64,000 nt of DNA from Eledone cirrhosa (Eukaryota). The notes under the pieces were generated by a model. The model was not told the origin of the DNA. It was given only the letters and a program-made list of their open reading frames with translations, and did no database searches. Position numbers and translations under genes: made by a program. The stretch covers positions 30,256,001 through 30,320,000 of the forward strand of contig OZ024762.1 in NCBI GenBank assembly GCA_964016885.1. The letters run 5' to 3'. Shown here in pieces: positions 1-14,600 of this stretch; the first letter of the stretch is position 1, and the number at the start of each line of letters is the position of its first letter.

Positions 1-3000
1 AAGTTCATGGTACTAGCTGTCAGAAGGAACTCCACTGTTGGTGAGAATTCATTTAAGTTCATGGTATTAGCTGTCAGAAGTAACTCCAATGTTGGTGAGA
101 ATTCATTTAAGTCATGGTACTAGCTGTCAGAAGTAACTCCACTGTTGGTGAGAATTCATTTAAGTTCATGGTATTAGCTGTCAGAAGGAACTCCACTGTT
201 GGTGAGAATTCATTTAAGTTCATGGTATTAGCTGTCAGAAGTGTCTCCACTGTTGGTGAGAATTCATTTAAGTTCATGGTACTAGCTGTCAGAAGTAACT
301 CCAATGTTGGTGAGAATTCATGTAAGTTCATGGTATTAGCTGTCAGAAGTAAGTCCACTGTTGGTGAGAATTCATTTAAGTTCATGGTATTAGCTGTCAG
401 AAGTAACTCCACTGTTGGTGAGAATTCATTTAAGTTCATGGTACTAGCTGTCACAAGTAACTCCACTGTTGGTGAGAATTCATTTAAGTTCATGGTATTA
501 GCTGTCAGAAGTAACTCCACTGTTGGTGAGAATTCATTTAAGTCATGGTATTAGCTATCAGAAGTAACTCCATTGTTGGTGAGAATTCATTTAAGTCATG
601 GTACTAGCTGTCAGAAGTAACTCCACTGTTGGTGAGAATTCATTTAAGTTCATGGTACTAGCTGTCAGAAGTAACTCCACTGTTGGTGAGAATTCATTTA
701 AGTTCATGGTACTAGCTGTCAGAAGTAACTCCACTGTTGGTGAGAATTCATTTACGTTCATGGTACTAGCTGTCAGAAGTAACTCCACTGTTGGTGAGAA
801 TTCATTTAAGTTCATGGTACTAGCTGTCAGAAGTAACTCCAATGTTGGTGAGAATTCATTTAAGTTCATGGTATTAGCTGTCAGAAGTAACTCCACTGTT
901 GGTGAGAATTCATTTAGGTTCATGGTACTAGCTGTCAGAAGTAACTCCACTGTTGGTGAGAATTCATTTAAGTTCATGGTATTAGCTGTCAGAAGTAACT
1001 CCACTGTTGGTGAGAATTCATTTAAGTTCATGGTACTAGCTGTCAGAAGTAACCCCGATGTTGGTGACAATTCATTTAAGTTCATGGTATTAGCTGTCAG
1101 AAGTCGCTCCAATGTTGGTGAGAATTCATTTAAGTTCATGGTATTAGCTGTCAGAAGTCACTCCACTGTTGGTGAGAATTCATTTAAGTTCATGGTACTA
1201 GCTGTCAGAAGTAACCCAATGTTGGTGAGAATTCATTTAGGTTCATGGTACTAGCTGTCAGAAGTAACTCCACTGTTGGTGAGAATTCATTTAAGTTCAT
1301 GGTATTAGCTGTCAGAAGTAGCTCCACTGTTGGTGAGAATTCATTTAAGTTCATGGTACTAGCTGTCAGAAGGAACTCCACTGTTGGTGAGAATTCATTT
1401 AAGTTCATGGTATTAGCTGTCAGAAGTAACTCCAATGTTGGTGAGAATCCATTTAAGTCATGGTACTAGCTGTCAGAAGTAACTCCACTGTTGGTGAGAA
1501 TTCATTTAAGTTCATGGTATTAGCTGTCAGAAGGAACTCCACTGTTGGTGAGAATTCATTTAAGTTCATGGTATTAGCTGTCAGAAGTGTCTCCACTGTT
1601 GGTGAGAATTCATTTAAGTTCATGGTACTAGCTGTCAGAAGTAACTCCAATGTTGGTGAGAATTCATGTAAGTTCATGGTATTAGCTGTCAGAAGTAACT
1701 CCTCTGTTGGTGAGAATTCATTTAAGTTCATGGTATTAGCTGTCAGAAGTAACTCCACTGTTGGTGAGAATTCATTTAAGTTCATGGTACTAGCTGTCAC
1801 AAGTAACTCCACTGTTGGTGAGAATTCATTTAAGTTCATGGTATTAGCTGTCAGAAGGAACGCCACTGTTGGTGAGAATTCATTTAAGTCATGGTATCAG
1901 CTGTCAGAAGTAACTCCATTGTTGGTGAGAATTCATTTAAGTCATGGTACTAGCTGTCAGAAGTAACTCCACTGTTGGTGAGAATTCATTTAAGTCATGG
2001 TATTAGCTGTCAGAAGTAACTCCAATGTTGGTGAGAATTCATTTAAGTCATGGTACTAGCTGTCAGAAGTAACTCCAATGTTGGTGAGAATTCATTTAAG
2101 TTCATGGTATTAGCTGTCAGAAGGAACTCCACTGTTGGTGAGAATTCATTTAAGTTCATGGTATTAGCTGTCAGAAGTAACTCCACTGTTGGTGAGAATT
2201 CATTTAAGTTCATGGTACTAGCTGTCAGAAGTAACTCCACTGTTGGTGAGAATTCAGTTAAGTTCATGGTACTAGCTGTCAGAAGTAACTACACTGTTGG
2301 TGAGAATTCAGTTAAGTTCATGGTATTAGCTGTCAGAAGGAACTCCACTGTTGGTGAGAATTCATTTAAGTTCATGGTATTAGCTGTCAGAAGTAACTCC
2401 ACTGTTGGTGAGAATTCATTTAAGTTCATGGTACTAGCTGTCAGAAGTAACTCCACTGTTGGTGAGAATTCATTTAAGTTCATGGTACTAGCTGTCAGAA
2501 GTAACTCCACTGTTGGTGAGAATTCATTTAAGTTCATGGTACTAGCTGTCAGAAGGAACTCCACTGTTGGTGAGAATTCATTTAAGTTCATGGTATTAGC
2601 TGTCAGAAGTAACTCCAATGTTGGTGAGAATTCATTTAAGTCATGGTACTAGCTGTCAGAAGTAACTCCACTGTTGGTGAGAATTCATTTAAGTTCATGG
2701 TACTAGCTGTCAGAAGTAACTCCACTGTTGGTGAGAATTCAGTTAAGTTCATGGTATTAGCTGTCAGAAGGAACTCCACTGTTGGTGAGAATTCATTTAA
2801 GTTCATGGTATTAGCTGTCAGAAGTAACTCCACTGTTGGTGAGAATTCATTTAAGTTCATGGTACTAGCTGTCAGAAGTAACTCCACTGTTGGTGAGAAT
2901 TCATTTAAGTTCATGGTACTAGCTGTCAGAAGTAACTCCACTGTTGGTGAGAATTCAGTTAAGTTCATGGTATTAGTTGTCAGAAGTAACTCAAATGTTG

Positions 3001-6000
3001 GTGAGAATTCATTTAAATCATGGTATTAGTTGTCAGAAGTAACTCCAACGTTGGTGAGAATTCATTTAAGTTCATGGTACTAGCTGTCAGAAGTAACTCC
3101 ACTGTTGGTGAAAATTCATTTAAGTTCATGGTATTAGCTGTCAGAAGTAACTCCACTGTTGGTGAGAATTCATTTAAGTCATGGTATTAGCTGTCAGAAG
3201 TAACTCCATTGTTGGTGAGAATTCATTTAAGTCATGGTACTAGCTGTCAGAAGTAACTCCACTGTTGGTGAGAATTCATTTAAGTTCTTGGTATTAGCTG
3301 TCAGAAGGAACTCCACTGTTGGTGAGAATTCATTTAAGTTCATGGTATTAGCTGTCAGAAGTAACTCCACTGTTGGTGAGAATTCATTTAAGTTCATGGT
3401 ATTAGCTGTCAGAAGTAACTCCACTGTTGGTGAGAATTCATTTAAGTTCATGGTACTAGCTGTCAGAAGTAACCCCGATGTTGGTGACAATTCATTTAAG
3501 TTCATGGTATTAGCTGTCAGAAGTCGCTCCAATGTTGGTGAGAATTCATTTAAGTTCATGGTATTAGCTGTCAGAAGTCACTCCACTGTTGGTGAGAATT
3601 CATTTAAGTTCATGGTACTAGCTGTCAGAAGTAACCCAATGTTGGTGAGAATTCATTTAAGTTCATGGTATTAGCTGTCAGAAGTCACTCCAATGTTGGT
3701 GAGAATTCATTTAAGTTCATGGTATTAGCTGTCAGAAGTAACTCCACTGTTGGTGAGAATTCATTTAAGTTCATGGTATTAGCTGTCAGAAGTAACTCCA
3801 CTGTTGGTGAGAATTCATTTAAGTTCATGGTATTAGCTGTCAGAAGTAACTACACTGTTGGTGAGAATTCATTTAAGTTCATGGTATTAGCTGTCAGAAG
3901 TAACTCCATTGTTGGTGAGAATTCATTTAAGTTCATGGTATTAGCTGTCAGAAGGAACTCCAATGTTGGTGAGAATTCATTTAAGTTCATGGTATTAGCT
4001 GTCAGAAGGAACGCCACTGTTGGTGAGAATTCATTTAAGTCATGGTATTAGCTGTCAGAAGTAACTCCATTGTTGGTGAGAATTCATTTAAGTCATGGTA
4101 CTAGCTGTCAGAAGTAACTCCACTGTTGGTGAGAATTCATTTAAGTTCATGGTATTAGCTGTCAGAAGGAACTCCACTGTTGGTGAGAATTCATTTAAGT
4201 CATGGTACTAGCTGTCAGAAGTAACTCCAATGTTGGTGAGAATTCATTTAAGTTCATGGTATTAGCTGTCAGAAGGAACTCCACTGTTGGTGAGAATTCA
4301 TTTAAGTTCATGGTATTAGCTGTCAGAAGTAACTCCACTGTTGGTGAGAATTCATTTAAGTCATGGTATTAGCTGTCAGAAGTAACTCCAATGTTGGTGA
4401 GAATTCATTTAAGTCATGGTACTAGCTGTCAGAAGTAACTCCAATGTTGGTGAGAATTCATTTAAGTTCATGTTATTAGCTGTCAGAAGGAACTCCACTG
4501 TTGGTGAGAATTCATTTAAGTTCATGGTATTAGCTGTCAGAAGTAACTCCACTGTTGGTGAGAATTCATTTAAGTTCATGGTACTAGCTGTCAGAAGTAA
4601 CTCCAACGTTGGTGAGAATTCATTTAAGTTCATGGTACTAGCTGTCAGAAGTAACTCCACTGTTGGTGAAAATTCATTTAAGTTCATGGTATTAGCTGTC
4701 AGAAGTAACTCCACTGTTGGTGAGAATTCATTTAAGTCATGGTATTAGCTGTCAGAAGTAACTCCATTGTTGGTGAGAATTCATTTAAGTCATGGTACTA
4801 GCTGTCAGAAGTAACTCCACTGTTGGTGAGAATTCATTTAAGTTCATGGTATTAGCTGTCAGAAGGAACTCCACTGTTGGTGAGAATTCATTTAAGTTCA
4901 TGGTATTAGCTGTCAGAAGTAACTCCACTGTTGGTGAGAATTCATTTAAGTTCATGGTACTAGCTGTCAGAAGTAACTCCACTGTTGGTGAGAATTCATT
5001 TATGTTCATGGTACTAGCTGTCAGAAGGAACTCCACTGTTGGTGAGAATTCATTTAAGTTCATGGTATTAGCTGTCAGAAGTAACTCCAATGTTGGTAAG
5101 AATTCATTTATGTCATGGTACTAGCTGTCAGAAGTAACTCCACTGTTGGTGAGAATTCATTTAAGTTCATGGTATTAGCTGTCAGAAGGAACTCCACTGT
5201 TGGTGAGAATTCATTTAAGTTCATGGTATTAGCTGTCAGAAGTGTCTCCCCTGTTGGTGAGAATTCATTTAAGTTCATGGTACTAGCTGTCAGAAGTAAC
5301 TCCAATGTTGGTGAGAATTCATGTAAGTTCATGGTATTAGCTGTCAGAAGTAACTCCACTGTTGGTGAGAATTCACTTAAGTTCATGGTATTAGCTGTCA
5401 GAAGTAACTCCACTGTTGGTGAGAATTCATTTAAGTTTATGGTACTAGCTGTCAGAAGTAACTCCACTGTTGGTGAGAATTCATTTAAGTTCATGGTATT
5501 AGCTGTCAGAAGTAACTCCACTGTTGGTGAGAATTCATTTAAGTCATGGTATTAGCTATCAGAAGTAACTCCATTGTTGGTGAGAATTCATTTAAGTCAT
5601 GGTACTAGCTGTCAGAAGTAACTCCACTGTTGGTGAGAATTCATTTAAGTTCATGGTACTAGCTGTCAGAAGTAACTCCACTGTTGGTGAGAATTCATTT
5701 AAGTTCATGGTACTAGCTGTCAGAAGTAACTCCACTGTTGGTGAGAATTCATTTAAGTTCATGCTACTAGCTGTCAGAAGTAACTCCACTGTTGGTGAGA
5801 ATTCATTTAAGTTCATGGTACTAGCTGTCAGAAGTAACTCCAATGTTGGTGAGAATTCATTTAAGTTCATGGTATTAGCTGTCAGAAGTAACTCCACTGT
5901 TGGTGAGAATTCATTTAAGTTCATGGTACTAGCTGTCAGAAGTAACTCCACTGTTGGTGAGAATTCATTTAAGTTCATGGTATTAGCTGTCAGAAGTAAC

Positions 6001-8649
6001 TCCACTGTTGGTGAGAATTCATTTAAGTTCATGGTACTAGCTGTCAGAAGTAACCCCAATGTTGGTGACAATTCATTTAAGTTCATGGTATTAGCTGTCA
6101 GAAGTCACTCCAATGTTGGTGAGAATTCATTTAAGTTCATGTTATTAGCTGTCAGAAGTCACTCCACTGTTGGTGAGAATTCATTTAAGTTCATGGTACA
6201 AGCTGTCAGAAGTAACCCCAATGTTGGTGAGAATTCATTTAAGTTCATGGTATTAGCTGTCAGAAGTCACTCCAATGTTGGTGAGAATTCATTTAAGTTC
6301 ATGGTATTAGCTGTCAGAAGTAACTCCACTGTTGGTGAGAATTCATTTAAGTTCATGGTATTAGCTGTCAGAAGTAACTCCACTGTTGGTGAGAATTCAT
6401 TTAAGTTCATGGTATTAGCTGTCAGAAGTAACTCCACTGTTGGTGAGAATTCATTTAAGTTCATGGTATTAGCTGTCAGAAGTAACTCCACTGTTGGTGA
6501 GAATTCATTTAAGTTCATGGTATTAGCTGTCAGAAGGAACCCCAATGTTGGTGAGAATTCATTTAAGTTGATGGTATTAGCTGTCAGAAGGAACGCCACT
6601 GTTGGTGAGAATTCATTTAAGTCATGGTATTAGCTGTCAGAAGTAACTCCATTGTTGGTGAGAATTCATTTAAGTCATGGTACTAGCTGTCAGAAGTAAC
6701 TCCACTGTTGGTGAGAATTCATTTAAGTTCATGGTATTAGCTGTCAGAAGGAACTCCACTGAGGGTGAGAATTCATTTAAGTCATGGTACTAGCTGTCAG
6801 AAGTAACTCCAATGTTGGTGAGAATTCATTTAAGTTCATGGTATTAGCTGTCAGAAGGAACTCCACTGTTGGTGAGAATTCATTTAAGTTCATGGTATTA
6901 GCTGTCAGAAGTAACTCCACTGTTGGTGAGAATTCATTTAAGTCATGGTATTAGCTGTCAGAAGTAACTCCAATGTTGGTGAGAATTCATTTAAGTCATG
7001 GTACTAGCTGTCAGAAGTAACTCCAATGTTGGTGAGAATTCATTTAAGTTCATGGTATTAGCTGTCAGAAGGAACTCCACTGTTGGTGAGAATTCATTTA
7101 AGTTCATGGTATTAGCTGTCAGAAGTAACTCCACTGTTGGTGAGAATTCATTTAAGTTCATGGTACTAGCTGTCAGAAGTAACTCCACTGTTGGTGAGAA
7201 TTCAGTTAAGTTCATGGTACTAGCTGTCAGAAGTAACTCCACTGTTGGTGAGAATTCAGTTAAGTTCATGGTATTAGCTGTCAGAAGGAACTCCACTGTT
7301 GGTGAGAATTCATTTAAGTTCATGGTATTAGCTGTCAGAAGTAACTCCACTGTTGGTGAGAATTCATTTAAGTTCATGGTACTAGCTGTCAGAAGTAACT
7401 CCACTGTTGGTGAGAATTCAGTTAAGTTCATGGTATTAGTTGTCAGAAGTAACACAAATGTTGGTGAGAATTCATTTAAATCATGGTATTAGTTGTCAGA
7501 AGTAACTCCAACGTTGGTGAGAATTCATTTAAGTTCATGGTACTAGCTGTCAGAAGTAACTCCACTGTTGGTGAAAATTCATTTAAGTTCATGGTATTAG
7601 CTGTCAGAAGTAACTCCACTGTTGGTGAGAATTCATTTAAGTCATGGTATTAGCTGTCAGAAGTAACTCCATTGTTGGTGAGAATTCATTTAAGTCATGG
7701 TACTAGCTGTCAGAAGTAACTCCACTGTTTGTGAGAATTCATTTAAGTTCATGGTATTAGCTGTCAGAAGGAACTCCACTGTTGGTGAGAATTCATTTAA
7801 GTTCATGGTATTAGCTGTCAGAAGTAACTCCACTGTTCGTGAGAATTCATTTAAGTTCATGGTACTAGCTGTCAGAAGTAACTCCACTGTTGGTGAGAAT
7901 TCATTTAAGTTCATGGTACTAGCTGTCAGAAGGAACTCCACTGTTGGTGAGAATTCATTTAAGTTCATGGTATTAGCTGTCAGAAATAACTCCAATGTTG
8001 GTGAGAATTCATTTAAGTCATGGTACTAGCTGTCAGAAGTAACTCCACTGTTGGTGAGAATTCATTTAAGTTCATGGTATTAGCTGTCAGAAGGAACTCC
8101 ACTGTTGGTGAGAATTCATTTAAGTTCATGGTATTAGCTGTCAGAAGTGTCTCCACTGTTGGTGAGAATTCATTTAAGTTCATGGTACTAGCTGTCAGAA
8201 GTAACTCCAATGTTGGTGAGAATTCATGTAAGTTCATGGTATTAGCTGTCAGAAGGAACTCCACTGTTGGTGAGAATTCATTTAAGTTCATGGTATTAGC
8301 TGTCAGAAGTAACTCCACTGTTGGTGAGAATTCATATAAGTTCATGGTACTAGCTGTCAGAAGTAACTCCACTGTTGGTGAGAATTCATTTAAGTTCATG
8401 GTATTAGCTGTCAGAAGTAACTCCACTGTTGGTGAGAATTCATTTAAGTCATGGTATTAGCTATCAGAAGTAACTCCATTGTTGGTGAGAATTCATTTAA
8501 GTCATGGTACTAGCTGTCAGTAGTAACTCCACTGTTGGTGAGAATTCATTTAAGTTCATGGTACTAGCTGTCAGAAGTAACTCCACTGTTGGTGAGAATT
8601 CATTTAAGTTCATGGTACTAGCTGTCAGAAGTAACTCCACTGTTGGTGA

Positions 8650-11600
8650 GAATTCATTTAAGTTCATGGTACTAGCTGTCAGAAGTAACTCCACTGTTGG
8701 TGAGAATTCATTTAAGTTCATGGTACTAGCTGTCAGAAGTAACTCCAATGTTGGTGAGAATTCATTTAAGTTCATGGTATTAGCTGTCAGAAGTAACTCC
8801 ACTGTTGGTGAGAATTCATTTAAGTTCATGGTACTAGCTGTCAGAAGTAACTCCACTGTTGGTGAGAATTCATTTAAGTTCATGGTATTAGCTGTCAGAA
8901 GTAACTCCACTGTTGGTGAGAATTCATTTAAGTTCATGGTACTAGCTGTCAGAAGTAACCCCAATGTTGGTGACAATTCATTTAAGTTCATGGTATTAGC
9001 TGTCAGAAGTCACTCCAATGTTGGTGAGAATTCATTTAAGTTCATGGTATTAGCTGTCAGAAGTCACTGCACTGTTGGTGAGAATTCATTTAAGTTCATG
9101 GTACTAGCTGTCAGAAGTAACCCCAATGTTGGTGAGAATTCATTTAAGTTCATGGTATTAGCTGTCAGAAGTCACTCCAATGTTGGTGAGAATTCATTTA
9201 AGTTCATGGTATTAGCTGTCAGAAGTAACTCCACTGTTGGTGAGAATTCATTTAAGTTCATGGTATTAGTTGTCAGAAGTAACTCAAATGTTGGTGAGAA
9301 TTCATTTAAATCATGGTATTAGTTGTCAGAAGTAACTCCAACGTTGGTGAGAATTCATTTAAGTTCATGGTACTAGCTGTCAGAAGTAACTCCACTGTTG
9401 GTGAAAATTCATTTAAGTTCATGGTATTAGCTGTCAGAAGTAACTCCACTGTTGGTGAGAATTCATTTAAGTCATGGTATTAGCTGTCAGAAGTAACTCC
9501 ATTGTTGGTGAGAATTCATTTAAGTCATGGTACTAGCTGTCAGAAGTAACTCCACTGTTGGTGAGAATTCATTTAAGTTCTTGGTATTAGCTGTCAGAAG
9601 GAACTCCACTGTTGGTGAGAATTCATTTAAGTTCATGGTATTAGCTGTCAGAAGTAACTCCACTGTTGGTGAGAATTCATTTAAGTTCATGGTACTAGCT
9701 GTCAGAAGTAACTCCACTGTTGGTGAGAATTCATTTAAGTTCATGGTACTAGCTGTCAGAAGTAACTCCACTGTTGGTGAGAATTCATTTAAGTTCATGG
9801 TATTAGCTGTCAGAAGGAACTCCACTGTTGGTGAGAATTCATTTAAGTTCATGGTACTAGCTGTCAGAAGTAACTCCACTGTTGGTGAGAATTCATTTAA
9901 GTTCATGGTACTAGCTGTCAGAAGGAACTCCACTGTTGGTGAGAATTCATTTAAGTTCATGGTATTAGCTGTCAGAAATAACTCCAATGTTGGTGAGAAT
10001 TCATTTAAGTCATGGTACTAGCTGTCAGAAGTAACTCCACTGTTGGTGAGAATTCATTTAAGTTCATGGTATTAGCTGTCAGAAGGAACTCCACTGTTGG
10101 TGAGAATTCATTTAAGTTCATGGTATTAGCTGTCAGAAGTGTCTCCACTGTTGGTGAGAATTCATTTAAGTTCATGGTACTAGCTGTCAGAAGTAACTCC
10201 AATGTTGGTGAGAATTCATGTAAGTTCATGGTATTAGCTGTCAGAAGTAACTCCACTGTTGGTGAGAATTCATTTAAGTTCATGGTATTAGCTGTCAGAA
10301 GTAACTCCACTGTTGGTGAGAATTCATTTAAGTTCATGGTACTAGCTGTCAGAAGTAACTCCACTGTTGGTGAGAATTCATTTAAGTTCATGGTATTAGC
10401 TGTCAGAAGTAACTCCACTGTTGGTGAGAATTCATTTAAGTCATGGTATTAGCTATCAGAAGTAACTCCATTGTTGGTGAGAATTCATTTAAGTCATGGT
10501 ACTAGCTGTCAGAAGTAACTCCACTGTTGGTGAGAATTCATTTAAGTTCATGGTACTAGCTGTCAGAAGTAACTCCACTGTTGGTGAGAATTCATTTAAG
10601 TTCATGGTACTAGCTGTCAGAAGTAACTCCACTGTTGGTGAGAATTCATTTACGTTCATGGTACTAGCTGTCAGAAGTAACTCCACTGTTGGTGAGAATT
10701 CATTTAAGTTCATGGTACTAGCTGTCAGAAGTAACTCCAATGTTGGTGAGAATTCATTTAAGTTCATGGTATTAGCTGTCAGAAGTAACTCCACTGTTGG
10801 TGAGAATTCATTTAGGTTCATGGTACTAGCTGTCAGAAGTAACTCCACTGTTGGTGAGAATTCATTTAAGTTCATGGTATTAGCTGTCAGAAGTAACTCC
10901 ACTGTTGGTGAGAATTCATTTAAGTTCATGGTACTAGCTGTCAGAAGTAACCCCAATGTTGGTGACAATTCATTTAAGTTCATGGTATTAGCTGTCAGAA
11001 GTCACTCCAATGTTGGTGAGAATTCATTTAAGTTCATGGTATTAGCTGTCAGAAGTCACTCCACTTTTGGTGAGAATTCATTTAAGTTCATGGTACTAGC
11101 TGTCAGAAGTAACCCCAATGTTGGTGAGAATTCATTTAAGTTCATGGTATTAGCTGTCAGAAGTCACTCCAATGTTGGTGAGAATTCATTTAAGTTCATG
11201 GTATTAGCTGTCAGAAGTAACTCCACTGTTGGTGAGAATTCATTTAAGTTCATGGTATTAGCTGTCAGAAGTAACTCCACTGTTGGTGAGAATTCATTTA
11301 AGTTCATGGTATTAGCTGTCAGAAGTAACTACACTGTTGGTGAGAATTCATTTAAGTTCATGGTATTAGCTGTCAGAAGTAACTCCACTGTTGGTGAGAA
11401 TTCATTTAAGTTCATGGTATTAGCTGTCAGAAGGAACTCCAATGTTGGTGAGAATTCATTTAAGTTCATGGTATTAGCTGTCAGAAGGAACGCCACTCTT
11501 GGTGAGAATTCATTTAAGTCATGGTATTAGCTGTCAGAAGTAACTCCATTGTTGGTGAGAATTCATTTAAGTCATGGTACTAGCTGTCAGAAGTAACTCC

Positions 11601-14600
11601 ACTGTTGGTGAGAATTCATTTAAGTTCATGGTATTAGCTGTCAGAAGGAACTCCACTGTTGGTGAGAATTCATTTAAGTCATGGTACTAGCTGTCAGAAG
11701 TAACTCCAATGTTGGTGAGAATTCATTTAAGTTCATGGTATTAGCTGTCAGAAGGAACTCCACTGTTGGTGAGAATTCATTTAAGTTCATGGTATTAGCT
11801 GTCAGAAGTAACTCCACTGTTGGTGAGAATTCATTTAAGTCATGGTATTAGCTGTCAGAAGTAACTCCAATGTTGGTGAGAATTCATTTAAGTCATGGTA
11901 CTAGCTGTCAGAAGTAACTCCAATGTTGGTGAGAATTCATTTAAGTTCATGTTATTAGCTGTCAGAAGGAACTCCACTGTTGGTGAGAATTCATTTAAGT
12001 TCATGGTATTAGCTGTCAGAAGTAACTCCACTGTTGGTGAGAATTCATTTAAGTTCATGGTACTAGCTGTCAGAAGTAACTCCAACGTTGGTGAGAATTC
12101 ATTTAAGTTCATGGTACTAGCTGTCAGAAGTAACTCCACTGTTGGTGAGAATTCATTTAAGTTCATGGTACTAGCTGTCAGAAGTAACTCCACTGTTGGT
12201 GAGAATTCATTTAAGTTCATGGTACTAGCTGTCAGAAGTAACTCCAATGTTGGTGAGAATTCATTTAAGTTCATGGTATTAGCTGTCAGAAGTAACTCCA
12301 CTGTTGGTGAGAATTCATTTAAGTTCATGGTACTAGCTGTCAGAAGTAACTCCACTGTTGGTGAGAATTCATTTAAGTTCATGGTATTAGCTGTCAGAAG
12401 TAACTCCACTGTTGGTGAGAATTCATTTAAGTTCATGGTACTAGCTGTCAGAAGTAACCCCAATGTTGGTGACAATTCATTTAAGTTCATGGTATTAGCT
12501 GTCAGAAGTCACTCCAATGTTGGTGAGAATTCATTTAAGTTCATGGTATTAGCTGTCAGAAGTCACTGCACTGTTGGTGAGAATTCATTTAAGTTCATGG
12601 TACTAGCTGTCAGAAGTAACCCCAATGTTGGTGAGAATTCATTTAAGTTCATGGTATTAGCTGTCAGAAGTCACTCCAATGTTGGTGAGAATTCATTTAA
12701 GTTCATGGTATTAGCTGTCAGAAGTAACTCCACTGTTGGTGAGAATTCATTTAAGTTCATGGTATTAGTTGTCAGAAGTAACTCAAATGTTGGTGAGAAT
12801 TCATTTAAATCATGGTATTAGTTGTCAGAAGTAACTCCAACGTTGGTGAGAATTCATTTAAGTTCATGGTACTAGCTGTCAGAAGTAACTCCACTGTTGG
12901 TGAAAATTCATTTAAGTTCATGGTATTAGCTGTCAGAAGTAACTCCACTGTTGGTGAGAATTCATTTAAGTCATGGTATTAGCTGTCAGAAGTAACTCCA
13001 TTGTTGGTGAGAATTCATTTAAGTCATGGTACTAGCTGTCAGAAGTAACTCCACTGTTGGTGAGAATTCATTTAAGTTCTTGGTATTAGCTGTCAGAAGG
13101 AACTCCACTGTTGGTGAGAATTCATTTAAGTTCATGGTATTAGCTGTCAGAAGTAACTCCACTGTTGGTGAGAATTCATTTAAGTTCATGGTACTAGCTG
13201 TCAGAAGTAACTCCACTGTTGGTGAGAATTCATTTAAGTTCATGGTACTAGCTGTCAGAAGGAACTCCACTGTTGGTGAGAATTCATTTAAGTTCATGGT
13301 ATTAGCTGTCAGAAGTAACTCCAATGTTGGTGAGAATTCATTTAAGTCATGGTACTAGCTGTCAGAAGTAACTCCACTGTTGGTGAGAATTCATTTAAGT
13401 TCATGGTATTAGCTGTCAGAAGGAACTCCACTGTTGGTGAGAATTCATTTAAGTTCATGGTATTAGCTGTCAGAAGTGTCTCCACTGTTGGTGAGAATTC
13501 ATTTAAGTTCATGGTACTAGCTGTCAGAAGTAACTCCAATGTTGGTGAGAATTCATGTAAGTTCATGGTATTAGCTGTCAGAAGTAACTCCACTGTTGGT
13601 GAGAATTCATTTAAGTTCATGGTATTAGCTGTCAGAAGTAACTCCACTGTTGGTGAGAATTCATTTAAGTTCATGGTACTAGCTGTCAGAAATAACTCCA
13701 CTGTTGGTGAGAATTCATTTAAGTTCATGGTATTAGCTGTCAGAAGTAACTCCACTGTTGGTGAGAATTCATTTAAGTCATGGTATTAGCTATCAGAAGT
13801 AACTCCATTGTTGGTGAGAATTCATTTAAGTCATGGTACTAGCTGTCAGAAGTAACTCCACTGTTGGTGAGAATTCATTTAAGTTCATGGTACTAGCTGT
13901 CAGAAGTAACTCCACTGTTGGTGAGAATTCATTTAAGTTCATGGTACTAGCTGTCAGAAGTAACTCCACTGTTGGTGAGAATTCATTTACGTTCATGGTA
14001 CTAGCTGTCAGAAGTAACTCCACTGTTGGTGAGAATTCATTTAAGTTCATGGTACTAGCTGTCAGAAGTAACTCCAATGTTGGTGAGAATTCATTTAAGT
14101 TCATGGTATTAGCTGTCAGAAGTAACTCCACTGTTGGTGAGAATTCATTTAAGTTCATGGTACTAGCTGTCAGAAGTAACCCCAATGTTGGTGACAATTC
14201 ATTTAAGTTCATGGTATTAGCTGTCAGAAGTCACTCCAATGTTGGTGAGAATTCATTTAGGTTCATGGTACTAGCTGTCAGAAGTAACTCCACTGTTGGT
14301 GAGAATTCATTTAAGTTCATGGTATTAGCTGTCAGAAGTAACTCCACTGTTGGTGAGAATTCATTTAAGTTCATGGTACTAGCTGTCAGAAGTAACCCCA
14401 ATGTTGGTGACAATTCATTTAAGTTCATGGTATTAGCTGTCAGAAGTCACTCCAATGTTGGTGAGAATTCATTTAAGTTCATGGTATTAGCTGTCAGAAG
14501 TCACTCCACTGTTGGTGAGAATTCATTTAAGTTCATGGTACTAGCTGTCAGAAGTAACCCCAATGTTGGTGAGAATTCATTTAAGTTCATGGTATTAGCT

